Shown here: positions 1 to 9,495 of the stretch, piece by piece
Layout: every line of letters begins with the position of its first letter
Position numbering within the stretch: position 1 is the stretch's first letter
Source: Candidatus Latescibacterota bacterium
Lineage (GTDB): Bacteria; Latescibacterota; UBA2968; UBA8231
Assembly (NCBI GenBank): GCA_965205655.1
Contig: CBDBIJ010000073.1
Span: 1 to 58,881 of the forward strand
Reading direction: 5' to 3'
DNA: 58,881 nt
Notes under the pieces: generated by a model
The model's input: the letters and a program-made list of their open reading frames with translations, nothing else
Databases searched by the model: none
Told to the model about the DNA's origin: nothing
Made by a program: the position numbers and the translations under genes

Positions 1-2008
1 ACGTCTGACGGCTCACGTGACCGACTTCGTCGAGCTCGGGGTCCACATGGTCAACGCCCACCAATCGAACACGTTGACGGACAAGCTCGCCGGGAACCCC
101 TTTTCGGGGCTGATGACGGTGCAGCAGAACAGGACCATCTCACTCGTCGAAGTCGCCCTGCGGGATGACTCCCCTGAGGACGGCGTCGGTGGCGCTGCCT
201 ACTTCCCCGCCGACTCGGACATCATCATCACTTATCGGGACGGTAGTGTTCAACGGGGAAAGGACTTTCAATTCAAGCCGATCATAGAGGGCGGATTCGA
301 AGAAGAGGGGTTCATCGCCGCCAACGGGACAGAGGAGATCCGGCTGCTCTACGATTTCGACAGTCCTTCATTCGTGGATGCGGCGGGGGAATTCCAGAAG
401 GAAGACATCGTCAAGGTAGAGTTCGAGCTGGTCCTGGCAAACGACTACCAGGTATGGATGACATCCAACCGACAGACGAACAAAGACGAGCGGTCGGTGC
501 TTCTGCTGGTGACCCAGGCGAAGGGGAATGTGAAGGACGTCACCAACCTGCGGACCGTGCGCTTCGCCTATGGCCTGCCCACGGCCACGAATCTCCTCGG
601 GGCGAGCATCGAGGTGCGCGATGCTCGCGGGTTCGACCTGTACGGCGAATATGACAGGAGCTGGAGTTACCGGAAATACCCCAACGCGGCCAACGAGACC
701 CACAAGACATCGTCGGGCATCGCAGGTCAGCGGAGCGCACCGGCCTGGATGATCAACGTCTCGAAAAAGAATCATCCGTGGTTCGTCTTCGGCGAGGTCT
801 TCCATATGGATCCGGCCTACAACACGAGTACCTTCGTGACGTCGTCGACGGGGAATATCGACTACGAAAGCGCGCGTGAGGGCCGGGTGGAGTTGGTGGA
901 CGACAACGACGATCACGATTCGCGGCCGGACAACATCCGCTACGACTGGCGTGCCGGGGACTTGAGGGTCTTCCCCGGATGGGATCAGAACGGAGACTTC
1001 GTCCCCGACATCAACCAGAATGACAATGTGGTCAGCTCCAATGCAGTTCCCGACCACGACGAACCTTTCCTGCGCTTTCACGCCGACCGGCCAGAATTCT
1101 TGTTCGGCATGGACATGAACAACAATTTCTGGGTCGACCAGTACGAGAACGACGAGGAACCGGACTATCCCTATAAGCGGGACCACGAGGGGTTCAACCT
1201 GTACGGCGGGGCCGAGCTGACGCCGGAGTTGCGCCTGACCGTGGGGGTTTTGCGGCAAGCGCTGATTTCCGGGCACGAGGAGAACCGCGCCTCGTACGCC
1301 ATGGTGTCGATGACCAAGGACCTGCCGCAGCTCGGCCGCGTGCGGATGTTCGAAATGACCAAACTGGTCGAGGACGACATAGCTGACCCGCTGCTGCAGT
1401 GGGCGCCGGACAACACCTTAACGGGTGGCGACCTCACCAGGGTGGAAGACCCCCTCCTCGCCCGGGAGACATGGGTGAACCAGATCTTCCTCGGTCACAA
1501 TCTGCAGGGGCGGTCGCTGCACATCCAATCGAAACTCAACTGGGTGCTCTATCACCAACTGATGAAAAAGTCCCGCCGCGAGGAATTTGGACTGGATGCA
1601 TCCGACTACTTTTTAGGAATCGTCAACAAGGCCAGCTACCGTTATCAGCTCGGACGCTGGACCGTGGAGCCGCGCTGGAAAAGCGAGTATCGGCGGCAGA
1701 CCCGCGGCCTCTTCGCGCTCGACACTCGGGAGAGTCTGATGGAACTGTTTTCGGGCCTCGCTGAGACACCCGTCCTCCGATCGAGTCGCCTTCAGGCCGG
1801 CATCGAGTATGCCTTGTTCAACGACTTCGACGTGAAGGGGAACGACTTCGATTCGGCGACCGTGGCCCTCCAGCTCTCCAACCGGTCACACTATGTGGGC
1901 TACGAGATCAACGCACTCGCGGGAGTCGCCCTCGAGCGCACGGATTTCAAGGAGACGGAAGCGCGCACGACATTCCGGTCGTTCATTACCATCTACGCGG
2001 GTCTCTAG
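1..2008 (+). CDS. Large Asp-rich putative outer-membrane protein, family A copy 1 (5' end outside window)
   Basis: Frame is open from base 2 (RLTAHVTDFVELGVH) and colinear with the internal part of 6577..9306 (RLTAQVGDFVELGVH). Shared motifs include DDSPEDG.GGAAYFPA, FPGWD.N.DF.PD.NQNDN and EFLFG.DMNNNFWVD. The C-terminal ~250 aa show alternating beta-strand patterns ending FITIYAGL. Confidence 0.8.
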   Translation, partial: RLTAHVTDFVELGVHMVNAHQSNTLTDKLAGNPFSGLMTVQQNRTISLVEVALRDDSPEDGVGGAAYFPADSDIIITYRDGSVQRGKDFQFKPIIEGGFEEEGFIAANGTEEIRLLYDFDSPSFVDAAGEFQKEDIVKVEFELVLANDYQVWMTSNRQTNKDERSVLLLVTQAKGNVKDVTNLRTVRFAYGLPTATNLLGASIEVRDARGFDLYGEYDRSWSYRKYPNAANETHKTSSGIAGQRSAPAWMINVSKKNHPWFVFGEVFHMDPAYNTSTFVTSSTGNIDYESAREGRVELVDDNDDHDSRPDNIRYDWRAGDLRVFPGWDQNGDFVPDINQNDNVVSSNAVPDHDEPFLRFHADRPEFLFGMDMNNNFWVDQYENDEEPDYPYKRDHEGFNLYGGAELTPELRLTVGVLRQALISGHEENRASYAMVSMTKDLPQLGRVRMFEMTKLVEDDIADPLLQWAPDNTLTGGDLTRVEDPLLARETWVNQIFLGHNLQGRSLHIQSKLNWVLYHQLMKKSRREEFGLDASDYFLGIVNKASYRYQLGRWTVEPRWKSEYRRQTRGLFALDTRESLMELFSGLAETPVLRSSRLQAGIEYALFNDFDVKGNDFDSATVALQLSNRSHYVGYEINALAGVALERTDFKETEARTTFRSFITIYAGL

Positions 2009-2171
2009 TGTGCTGTCGCAGAGATTACTTTAATAAAGTTTGTAGGCCCTGAGGCTGCACGTTCTCTCTGGTAAGCCGACGGGCCAAACCGCTTTGAGGC
2101 TCGATACTAATGCAACAAATTTCCGCGACGCCACACCTAGTGTCGCGTTACTCCTGCGGAGACAGAGGAAT

Positions 2172-4370
2172 ATGAAAAGCCGGGTTCCCATGCTCTTCGG
2201 CCAGCGCTCGGGGCGGTGTTTTCCCGAGAGCGTCTTGGCGGGCAGTCTCCTCCTGGTCCTCCTGTCGATGCAGTTCCTGGGCGCTCGTGAAGTCGTGACC
2301 TTCGGGCCAAGTGGTCGGACCACCTGGATAGGCGAGGTCGCCGACGACGCGATCGCGGCCATCGAACCCGAGTACCGCTCACCCGTCGACCCGAACTTCT
2401 CGCAGGTGGGGTACACCCTGCCGCGCAGCACCAGCGACCGCCCTTTCGTCGAGCCGGTGATAGACTTCGAGAGCGCTGATTTTCCCGAGGGCATCCTGCC
2501 CAAACGAGTAGGGGAGGGTCAGAATCTGGCCGCCGAAATCCAAAACCGGGGGGGCGGGATCACCTCTCCGAGCAGTTCCGCCGGCGCGGCGTCGGGCAGC
2601 GCGCGAGACAAGTTCGAGAGGCTTCTCTTACAGGTGATCTCCTCGGAAGCCGACGTGGCCGGTACCGGAGCGGCTTTCGAGCGCAAAGCGTATCCCATCA
2701 ACGGTGCCCATCTCATCCTCGACCTGGGTAGCCGTGTGGGCGTCAATGCAGTCCGATTCTTTCCGCGCAACACGGAGTTCCCCAATCCCCTCGCTCCGTT
2801 TCAGGACGACTTTCTGAGGAATTTCGACCTCAGGATCAACGACGGTGTGAACCTGACGGCTGCGGGCAACCCGATCTGGGAGACCTACGCAAGCGTCACG
2901 GACAATCCCGACCTGGTTGCCGTAGTCGACATCGACCCACCTCGCCTCATCCGCTTCATCCGTTTACAGGCCACGTCCTCCATCCCCTTCGAGATCGAGA
3001 AGCTGCAGGTGTTCGGCGAAGGGTACTTCCCGGCGGCCCGGTATTACTCTCCGATCATCGAGATAAAGACCGCTTCGGCGGCCTGGGGCCAGCTCCGATG
3101 GGAGCAGGAGACGATAGGCGATCCGAGACAGACCAGGCTGGAAATCCGCACGCGCACGGGACGGGACGAGACCCCCCTTTCCTATTACAGGAAGCAAGTC
3201 GGGCGCAAGGACGCGCCCGAGTTTTCCGAATCTGTTCAAAACCCCGACGAACCGCTCGAGCGGGATGAATACCGTAGACTTTCCCCGAGGGGTGAGGGGA
3301 GGTCGGACGATGAATGGGAGCGCGGCTCCGTGAGAGCGGATCTGGAAAACTGGAGCCCTTGGTCGCCCCCGTACCGGTCCGAACAAGGCACGAGTCCCAC
3401 CGGGGCGAGGATCGTCTCACCGGGACCGCGCCGATACTTTCAGGTGCGGGTCGATTTTCTGACGACCGATCTGGAATCGACCCACATCCTGCGGAATCTG
3501 GCTTTCGATTTCACAACACCGGCGCTGGCCGGCGCGCTCGTAGGGGAAATTTTTCCCCGTCGAGTGAGTCCGGCGACTGATGTTTCCTTCGTCTACGCGC
3601 TGCGGACGGAGATGGATAGCGAAGGGCTCCAGGGGTTTGACGGCTTGGAGCTGTTCACCGGCGCCCCAGTGAGCAGGCTGGAGCGCATCGAAATCCTCTA
3701 TCGGGATAGCGACAAAAACATCGACCACGTTTTTGAAATTCAGGACGGTCCTACCACTGATGGCGCGGAAGGGGAGCCGAAGATCACGTTGTTCACGGCG
3801 AGGGGGTTTGCCGTCAGCTTTCCCCACATCCGAGAATCCGGGACCGTCATCAAGTTGCACTTCGTGGCCCGCGCGCTGGCCTACAGCTCTGTTTTCGACG
3901 GCCGCGCCATCCTGCGGGCAGAGGACGCTTTCCAGAGCGCCGTTTCCGGTAACGCGGATTCGCTGCACGCCGCCGATATCTCCACCGAATCAGGGGCCAC
4001 GGTGTTGAGTCCGTCGGTGGCCGGCGAAAACCTCATCGCCAACTTAGCACTCGGCTCGCCGGCGGTGACTCCGAACGGCGATCTGGTCAACGACGGCCTC
4101 GATCTGGAGTTCGAGGTGCTGCAGGTCGTCGGTACATCCGTCATCGCCGTGGAGGTGTTCGACCCTGTCCGGTCGACGGGTGCGTCGGCTTCTCGAGGCT
4201 GGATGATCAGAACGGGTTGTACAACTCGGACCTTTTCCCCGAGCTGGCGTGGGACGGCACGGATGAGCAGGGCGGGGTCGTCCCGCCCGGACTGTATCTG
4301 ATCCGCGTCGCCGTACACGGCGACTCCCGCTCGAGCGAGGTCCTGCGCACCATAGCAGTCGCGTACTGGA
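2172..4370 (+). CDS. Secreted protein with C-terminal FlgD-Ig / T9SS type-B-like domain, family B copy 1 (reconstructed across apparent +1 errors)
   Basis: GAGGA RBS precedes ATG 2172 and a hydrophobic signal-like segment follows. Removing one duplicated base each at ~4164, ~4197 and ~4368 gives VTPNGDLVND...FDLSGRRVRRLLELDDQNGLYNSDLFPELAWDGTDEQGGVVPPGLYL...IAVAY-stop. Confidence 0.7.
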
Positions 4371-4393
4371 GCGACGAAGCAGGAGCACATATC

Positions 4394-6531
4394 ATGGCAC
4401 TATTTCTCGGCTTGTTGGTCGTAATCGCCCTTCACACCGCTGTATGGGGAGGGCGCGCTGAATTCAGACTGGGTGGAGACGGCATCGGGTGGCGGGAGTT
4501 CATGGAAGAGCAGACGGGCACTTACGTCCTCGTCGACGAGGAGGGGGGAGTGCTGAAATCCGTGGAGGTCCACCACCGTACCCGAGCACCCGGCCGAAGC
4601 CTACCCGGGCGAAGCCACCGTGCTCGACTATTCGGGCGGTTCCATCCGGCCGTTGGAAATCTTTCCCGACGAAAACCTCGCTCTCTCCGCAGCGGGGCGG
4701 GGAGGTCATCTGATGCCGAGTAGCCACCGCGCGTACGTAGAAGAGGAGCAGAAGACGCTCCGGGATATGATCGACGGCAATCCGACGACGGCCATGTTCA
4801 GGCCGGTGCCTCGCTCTCCGTTCGTAGACGGAATCAACGATGGGTGGATCCAGAACAGTGTGCTCAACCTCGGCGTCGAACTGCCGGTGAATCGAATTCG
4901 CTTCTACCCGCGGCCAGGCTTCGAAGACAACTATCTCCAGTGGTACGAGATCGGGGTAGCCGCCGATTCGGCGCCTCTCGTGCGTTCGCACCGCGAGGTG
5001 AGCCGCACGAGGCACTGGTATCGCCACATCGGCGGCCCGATCTTCGACGCCATCCCCATCGATCAGCCCAACGATCCGGCTCTCGACATCCTGTCGAGCA
5101 CGCGGGAGAACCTGGATGCGGATGTGGACCTCACCTTTCCCACGCGGGACGTGCGCTGGGTCGCGCTGCGTCCATTGGATCCGGAGCGCGACTGGGAGGT
5201 CGCCGAATTGGAGGTTTACGGCGAAGGGTTCGTGACCCGGACACTCTACCGCAGCGCGGATTCTGGATTTCGGCGGGGATTCCGACAGATCCGTCGCCTG
5301 GAGCAAGATACGCTGGGCCGGCGAGCAGCCTCCAGGCACGAGCGTGCTCATCCGAACCCGCACCGGGAAGACGGAGGATCCGAACCAGTACTTCGCACTC
5401 GGGAATACCGGCTCGTTCGAGCCGCTGACTGCAAAAGATTACCTGCAGAAGTTGATTGGTGTCCAACCTTACACAACCGACAGAATTGGAGAGGAAGCGT
5501 TCGCTCATCTGAGGAGTTCTCCCGATGCGGACAAATGGGCGTTCTGGTCAGAGCCCTACGACTTCGAGGCCGGACTGCGCGATCCGGCCGTGCCGGCCGA
5601 GGAGTGGTCCGACGGGACACCCGTACTCTCACCCAGTCCGAGTGAGTTCCTGCAATTCGAGATCGTCATGATCGCGGATCGCGGCGGCGATCCCCCACGA
5701 CTGGACGAACTGTCGATTCTGTTCAGCGACGAGCCGGCAGCGCAGGACGTGACCGGAGAGATCTGGCCGATCGAGACGGACAGTTTCGAGCCGCACACGT
5801 TCACTTACTTCATCAGCCCCGATTTCGGCGAAAAGAATAAGGGCTCCGAGGTCAGCGGGTTCGACCGACTTGAGATCCTCACCGGAGTCCGGGCGGGGCG
5901 GGTGGACTCGGTGAACGTGGGAGGGAAGAAGTTGATCGGTGCGTGGCCGGAGAAAGACCTGGAGGAGGACCTGGCGGGAGTGGAGTTCCGTCAGGGAGTG
6001 CCGTATGACATCCAGGACGACCGCATCATCGTGGGTTTCGACGCACTGAAAGATCCCGGGCGGGACAGTTTCAAGATCATAAAGGTGGTGTTCGACGCGA
6101 AGGTACTGCGCTACGGCGCGGAATTCACCGGCTGGGTCTACGACAGCGATGCGCCCTTTGTGAAGCAGCGGATCAACGAGGGGAATGCCACGGTCGAAGT
6201 CGGCGGAGATGTCCTCACTGTGAGGACCCCCATCGGCAGCGACCTGATTCTGGGGCTGACAGCGACCCCGGCCGTATTCACGCCGAACGGGGACGGCATC
6301 AACGACGAGGTGACCTTTTCATATGATCTGCGCAACGTCGAAACACAGGCCGCGTTGAAGATCTACACGCTGTCGGGCCAACTCGTCGTGGAACTACCCG
6401 GAAAGCAGTCCTGGGACGGGAAGGACTCTGCCACCCGCCTGGTGCCGCCGGGTATTTACCTCTTCGCCGTCGAGGTCGATGCGGACGAGGAGCGCCAGGT
6501 GGCTACCGGCGTGGTTTCCCTCGCGTACTGA
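4394..6531 (+). CDS. Secreted protein with C-terminal FlgD-Ig / T9SS type-B-like domain, family B copy 2 (reconstructed across apparent +1 errors)
   Basis: AGGAG at 4381, ATG 4394, signal peptide MALFLGLLVVIALHTAVWG. Frames join at ~4570 and ~5258. Shares LG...VN..RF.PR, IRTRTG, WS.PY, GEI.P, GFD.LE, FTPNGDGINDE, WDGKD..VPPGIYL and SLAY* with copy 1. Confidence 0.7.
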
Positions 6532-6576
6532 GGCCCTTCTCAGGATGTCAATGAAGGACGCCTCAGGGTGCCTGCG

Positions 6577-9306
6577 ATGAAATCGAGAATCAGGTCCGTT
6601 TCCGGTCTCCTCTTCCTCACCGCCTATGCAGGCGGGATTTCGACAGAGGCTGGCGGGCAGCCGGATTACGGCACGCGACTGGGCCTCCAGCAGGCGGGAG
6701 TGACGCGTTTTCTCGCGCAGGGGCCTCACGTGAGCATGGGCGCCCTCGATCCCGCGGTGCGCAACTGGTACGTGCCGCAAGAGCTGTTCGAGGAGCACCG
6801 ATGGCAGCAGTGGGCGTCCACCAATTACGCCAGAAAAAACTACGAGCGTTACGTAGCCACCGACATCGAGGGAAACTACTTCTACGATCTGTACGGCCGC
6901 CTCCTGGATCGAGGATGGCTCGTATACAACGTGTCACAGGGGAACAACCAGGGCTCCGGCACGTCCATTTTCCGGGATGTGAGGTTCCAGGGATGGTTCA
7001 ACAACGTGGTCGTGGCCTCGGAAGGGAAAGGTCAATACCGCTACGCCCTGACGGCGAGCAGCGATCTGCGCACCACGCTCACTCCGATGGTACTGTCCAA
7101 ACCGCGCCTCAACGGCGTGCAGCTCGATCTGGCTACGGACAAGTACCGGGGGACCCTCATCTACTCCCAGCTCACCTCTTCGAGAGGAACCGAATCGCGG
7201 TTCACGGAAACGGGAGAAACGGAAGGGGGGGAGCGGCGAACGACGAACAGCACGACTTTGCTCGGTGGCCGGCTCACGGCGCAGGTCGGCGACTTCGTGG
7301 AACTGGGAGTCCACACCGTTCACGGCCATCAGTCCAACTCGAATGTCGACAAGCCTTTAGGGGATCTCCTGACCGGCTCACTCACAGAGGGCCAGAACCG
7401 GACGGTATCCACCATCGAGATCATCCTGCGCGACGACTCGCCGGAGGACGGCATTGGTGGAGCCGCGTACTTCCCGGCCGGCTCCGATGTGATCGTCACC
7501 TACCGGGACGGCACGGTGGACACCGGCGACGGGCTGCGCTTCGAACCCCTGATCCAGGGAGGACGACGGAGGCAGGGCGTCATCGTCGCCGACGGTGAAG
7601 AAGAGATCCGGCTGACTTACGACTTCGAGGACCCGGCCTTCGTGAACCGCGCCCAAAACGACAAGGCCGAGATCGTCGAGGTGGAATTTCGCCTCGTCCT
7701 GGCCAACGACTACGAGATCTGGATCTCCTCGGACCGACAGACGGACCTGTCCGGCGCTCCGGTGTTCCTCAAGGTGACGAGCGCGGAGGGAAACGTCCAG
7801 GATATTTCCAATCTCAGAACGGTCAGCTTCGAGTACGGACTCCCCACGGGCACTCACGTGCTCGGAGGCAGTGTGCGGGTGAGCGACGTGCTGGGGGCGC
7901 AGCTGTACGGCGAATACGATGTGAGCTGGAGCTATCGGAAGTACCCGAACCGTCTCGGTGAGACCCACGACGCAGCCTCCGGCATCCGCGGAGACAGACG
8001 AGCGCCGGCCTGGATGGTCAACCTGTCGAAGCGCGCCGATCCCTGGTTTTTGTTCGGCGAGGCGTACAGCATGGACCCCGCCTACAATACCCAGACCTTC
8101 GTCACCGCGGACGAGTCGGGGATCGTAGACTACGAGCGAGATCGGTACCGCGTCGATTTCGTGGAGGACAACGACGACCAGGACCGCATTCCGGACAGTT
8201 TCCGCGCTGACTGGTTCAGGCCGGACCTCCAGGTCTTCCCCGGGTGGGACCGGAACCTCGACTTCGTGCCGGATTTCAACCAGAACGACAACCGTGTCAA
8301 GATGAACTCGATCCCGGATTTCGAGGAGCCCTTTCTCCGGTTCTCGGCGGACCGGCCCGAGTTCCTCTTCGGCGTCGACATGAACAACAACTTCTGGGTA
8401 GATCTCTACGAAAATGACGACCAGCCCGACTACCCGTACCCCATTGATCACCGTGGCGCCAACATGTACATCGGCCTCGATGTCGCATCGGGGCTCAGGT
8501 TGTCTGTGGGGGCCTTGAGGGAAGAGTCGATATCCACCGACAGGCACAACCACAGCACCTACGCCGTCGTGAACTACGACGGCGAGTCGGCCCGTTACGG
8601 CCGGCTGCGCGTGTTCGAAATGTCGAAACTGGTCGAGGACGATATCGCCAACCCGCTCCTGCAGTGGGTGCCTGATACGACGATACGGGGCGGCAGGGTG
8701 ACCGCGGTGGACGATCCGTTGCTGGGACGGGACACGTGGGTGAATCAGCTCTTCCTGGGGCACCGCTTCGAGACCGGCTCCCTGAATGTGACGAACCAGC
8801 TCAACTGGGTGTCCTTTCGGCAGCTCATGAGCAAATCTCGGCGGCAGCGATTGAGTCTGGATGGGACGGATTTCTTTTTCGGCGCCATCAACAAGGCGAG
8901 CTACCAGTACAGACTCGCGCGGCTGACTCTCGAGCCGCGCTGGAAGAGCGAGTTCCGCAAGCAGACGCGGGGATTGTTCGACGCCCAGGAGCACACCAGT
9001 CTGATGGAGCTGGTTTCGGGATTGGTGACCGTGCCGGTCCTGCGGGCGAGCCAGCTCCAGGCCGGGGTGGAGTACGTCTACTTCAACGATGTGGACCGGG
9101 ATGCCGAGGACTTCGACTCGATCAGCTACGCCCTCCAGTTCAGTACCTCGTCGGAGTATCTGGGGTATCGAATCCAGGCCCTCGCCGGCGCCGTGATCGA
9201 GCGCAAGGATTTCGAGGGGCAGGAGGCGACGACGACGACGCAGTCCTTCATAACGGTCTACGCCGGACTCGGGAAACCGGTGTCGGCTCCGGGAGCGTCC
9301 TTTTGA
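6577..9306 (+). CDS. Large Asp-rich putative outer-membrane protein, family A copy 2
   Basis: Intact ~910 aa ORF with an N-terminal signal-like segment, DxNxD/DxDxD acidic clusters and a beta-strand-patterned C-terminus. Paralog of 1..2008. Confidence 0.8.
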   Translation: MKSRIRSVSGLLFLTAYAGGISTEAGGQPDYGTRLGLQQAGVTRFLAQGPHVSMGALDPAVRNWYVPQELFEEHRWQQWASTNYARKNYERYVATDIEGNYFYDLYGRLLDRGWLVYNVSQGNNQGSGTSIFRDVRFQGWFNNVVVASEGKGQYRYALTASSDLRTTLTPMVLSKPRLNGVQLDLATDKYRGTLIYSQLTSSRGTESRFTETGETEGGERRTTNSTTLLGGRLTAQVGDFVELGVHTVHGHQSNSNVDKPLGDLLTGSLTEGQNRTVSTIEIILRDDSPEDGIGGAAYFPAGSDVIVTYRDGTVDTGDGLRFEPLIQGGRRRQGVIVADGEEEIRLTYDFEDPAFVNRAQNDKAEIVEVEFRLVLANDYEIWISSDRQTDLSGAPVFLKVTSAEGNVQDISNLRTVSFEYGLPTGTHVLGGSVRVSDVLGAQLYGEYDVSWSYRKYPNRLGETHDAASGIRGDRRAPAWMVNLSKRADPWFLFGEAYSMDPAYNTQTFVTADESGIVDYERDRYRVDFVEDNDDQDRIPDSFRADWFRPDLQVFPGWDRNLDFVPDFNQNDNRVKMNSIPDFEEPFLRFSADRPEFLFGVDMNNNFWVDLYENDDQPDYPYPIDHRGANMYIGLDVASGLRLSVGALREESISTDRHNHSTYAVVNYDGESARYGRLRVFEMSKLVEDDIANPLLQWVPDTTIRGGRVTAVDDPLLGRDTWVNQLFLGHRFETGSLNVTNQLNWVSFRQLMSKSRRQRLSLDGTDFFFGAINKASYQYRLARLTLEPRWKSEFRKQTRGLFDAQEHTSLMELVSGLVTVPVLRASQLQAGVEYVYFNDVDRDAEDFDSISYALQFSTSSEYLGYRIQALAGAVIERKDFEGQEATTTTQSFITVYAGLGKPVSAPGASF

Positions 9307-9316
9307 GGAAAATCGC

Positions 9317-9345
9317 TTGACAGCCGATGGGTCATTGATTATAGT
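9317..9345 (+). promoter_or_regulatory. Sigma70-type promoter TTGACA-17-TATAGT
   Basis: TTGACA at 9317-9322, 17 nt spacer, TATAGT at 9340-9345, in an AT-rich intergenic patch. Confidence 0.75.
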
Positions 9346-9349
9346 AACT

Positions 9350-9368
9350 CGATCAAGAAGATTGATCG
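9350..9368. promoter_or_regulatory. Inverted-repeat operator candidate CGATCAA-N5-TTGATCG over the predicted transcription start
   Basis: Perfect 7 bp inverted repeat starting 5 nt after the -10 box. Confidence 0.5.
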
Positions 9369-9495
9369 TAGCCCTTTAGTGGCGTAACATGTTGTTGTTG
9401 CGAAAGGATGAGAGTTAAACCAGGCTGCGGTCGCGAATGCGAAATCGCAGTGATCACGTCATGAGTGGCAGAGACCACCGAGCAGGAGGTTTTGT

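Noticed and set aside
2009..2171. Short palindromes (ACTTTAATAAAGT; CGCGAC..GTCGCG) between A1 and B1 as a riboswitch or ncRNA
   Set aside because: No recognisable aptamer consensus and the short stems are compatible with chance; an Rfam/covariation search would be needed.
4217..4723. 168 aa ORF appearing to fuse a FlgD-like tail to a signal peptide
   Set aside because: Artefact of the extra G that turns the TGA stop of B1 into TGG A, joining it to the start of B2.
4160..5260. Cluster of five frameshifts in family B genes as programmed frameshifting or phase variation
   Set aside because: Each is one extra copy of an adjacent base (~4164 C, ~4197 G, ~4368 G, ~4570 C, ~5258 G) with no slippery heptamer or long SSR. 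The same pattern occurs at ~28336, ~30541 and ~56455, with a -1 at ~25429. This is best explained by long-read consensus error; read mapping would settle it.
7378..8994. Long antisense ORFs (this 538 aa one and many similar)
   Set aside because: Shadow ORFs of high-GC coding strands with no motifs, fully overlapping well-supported genes.
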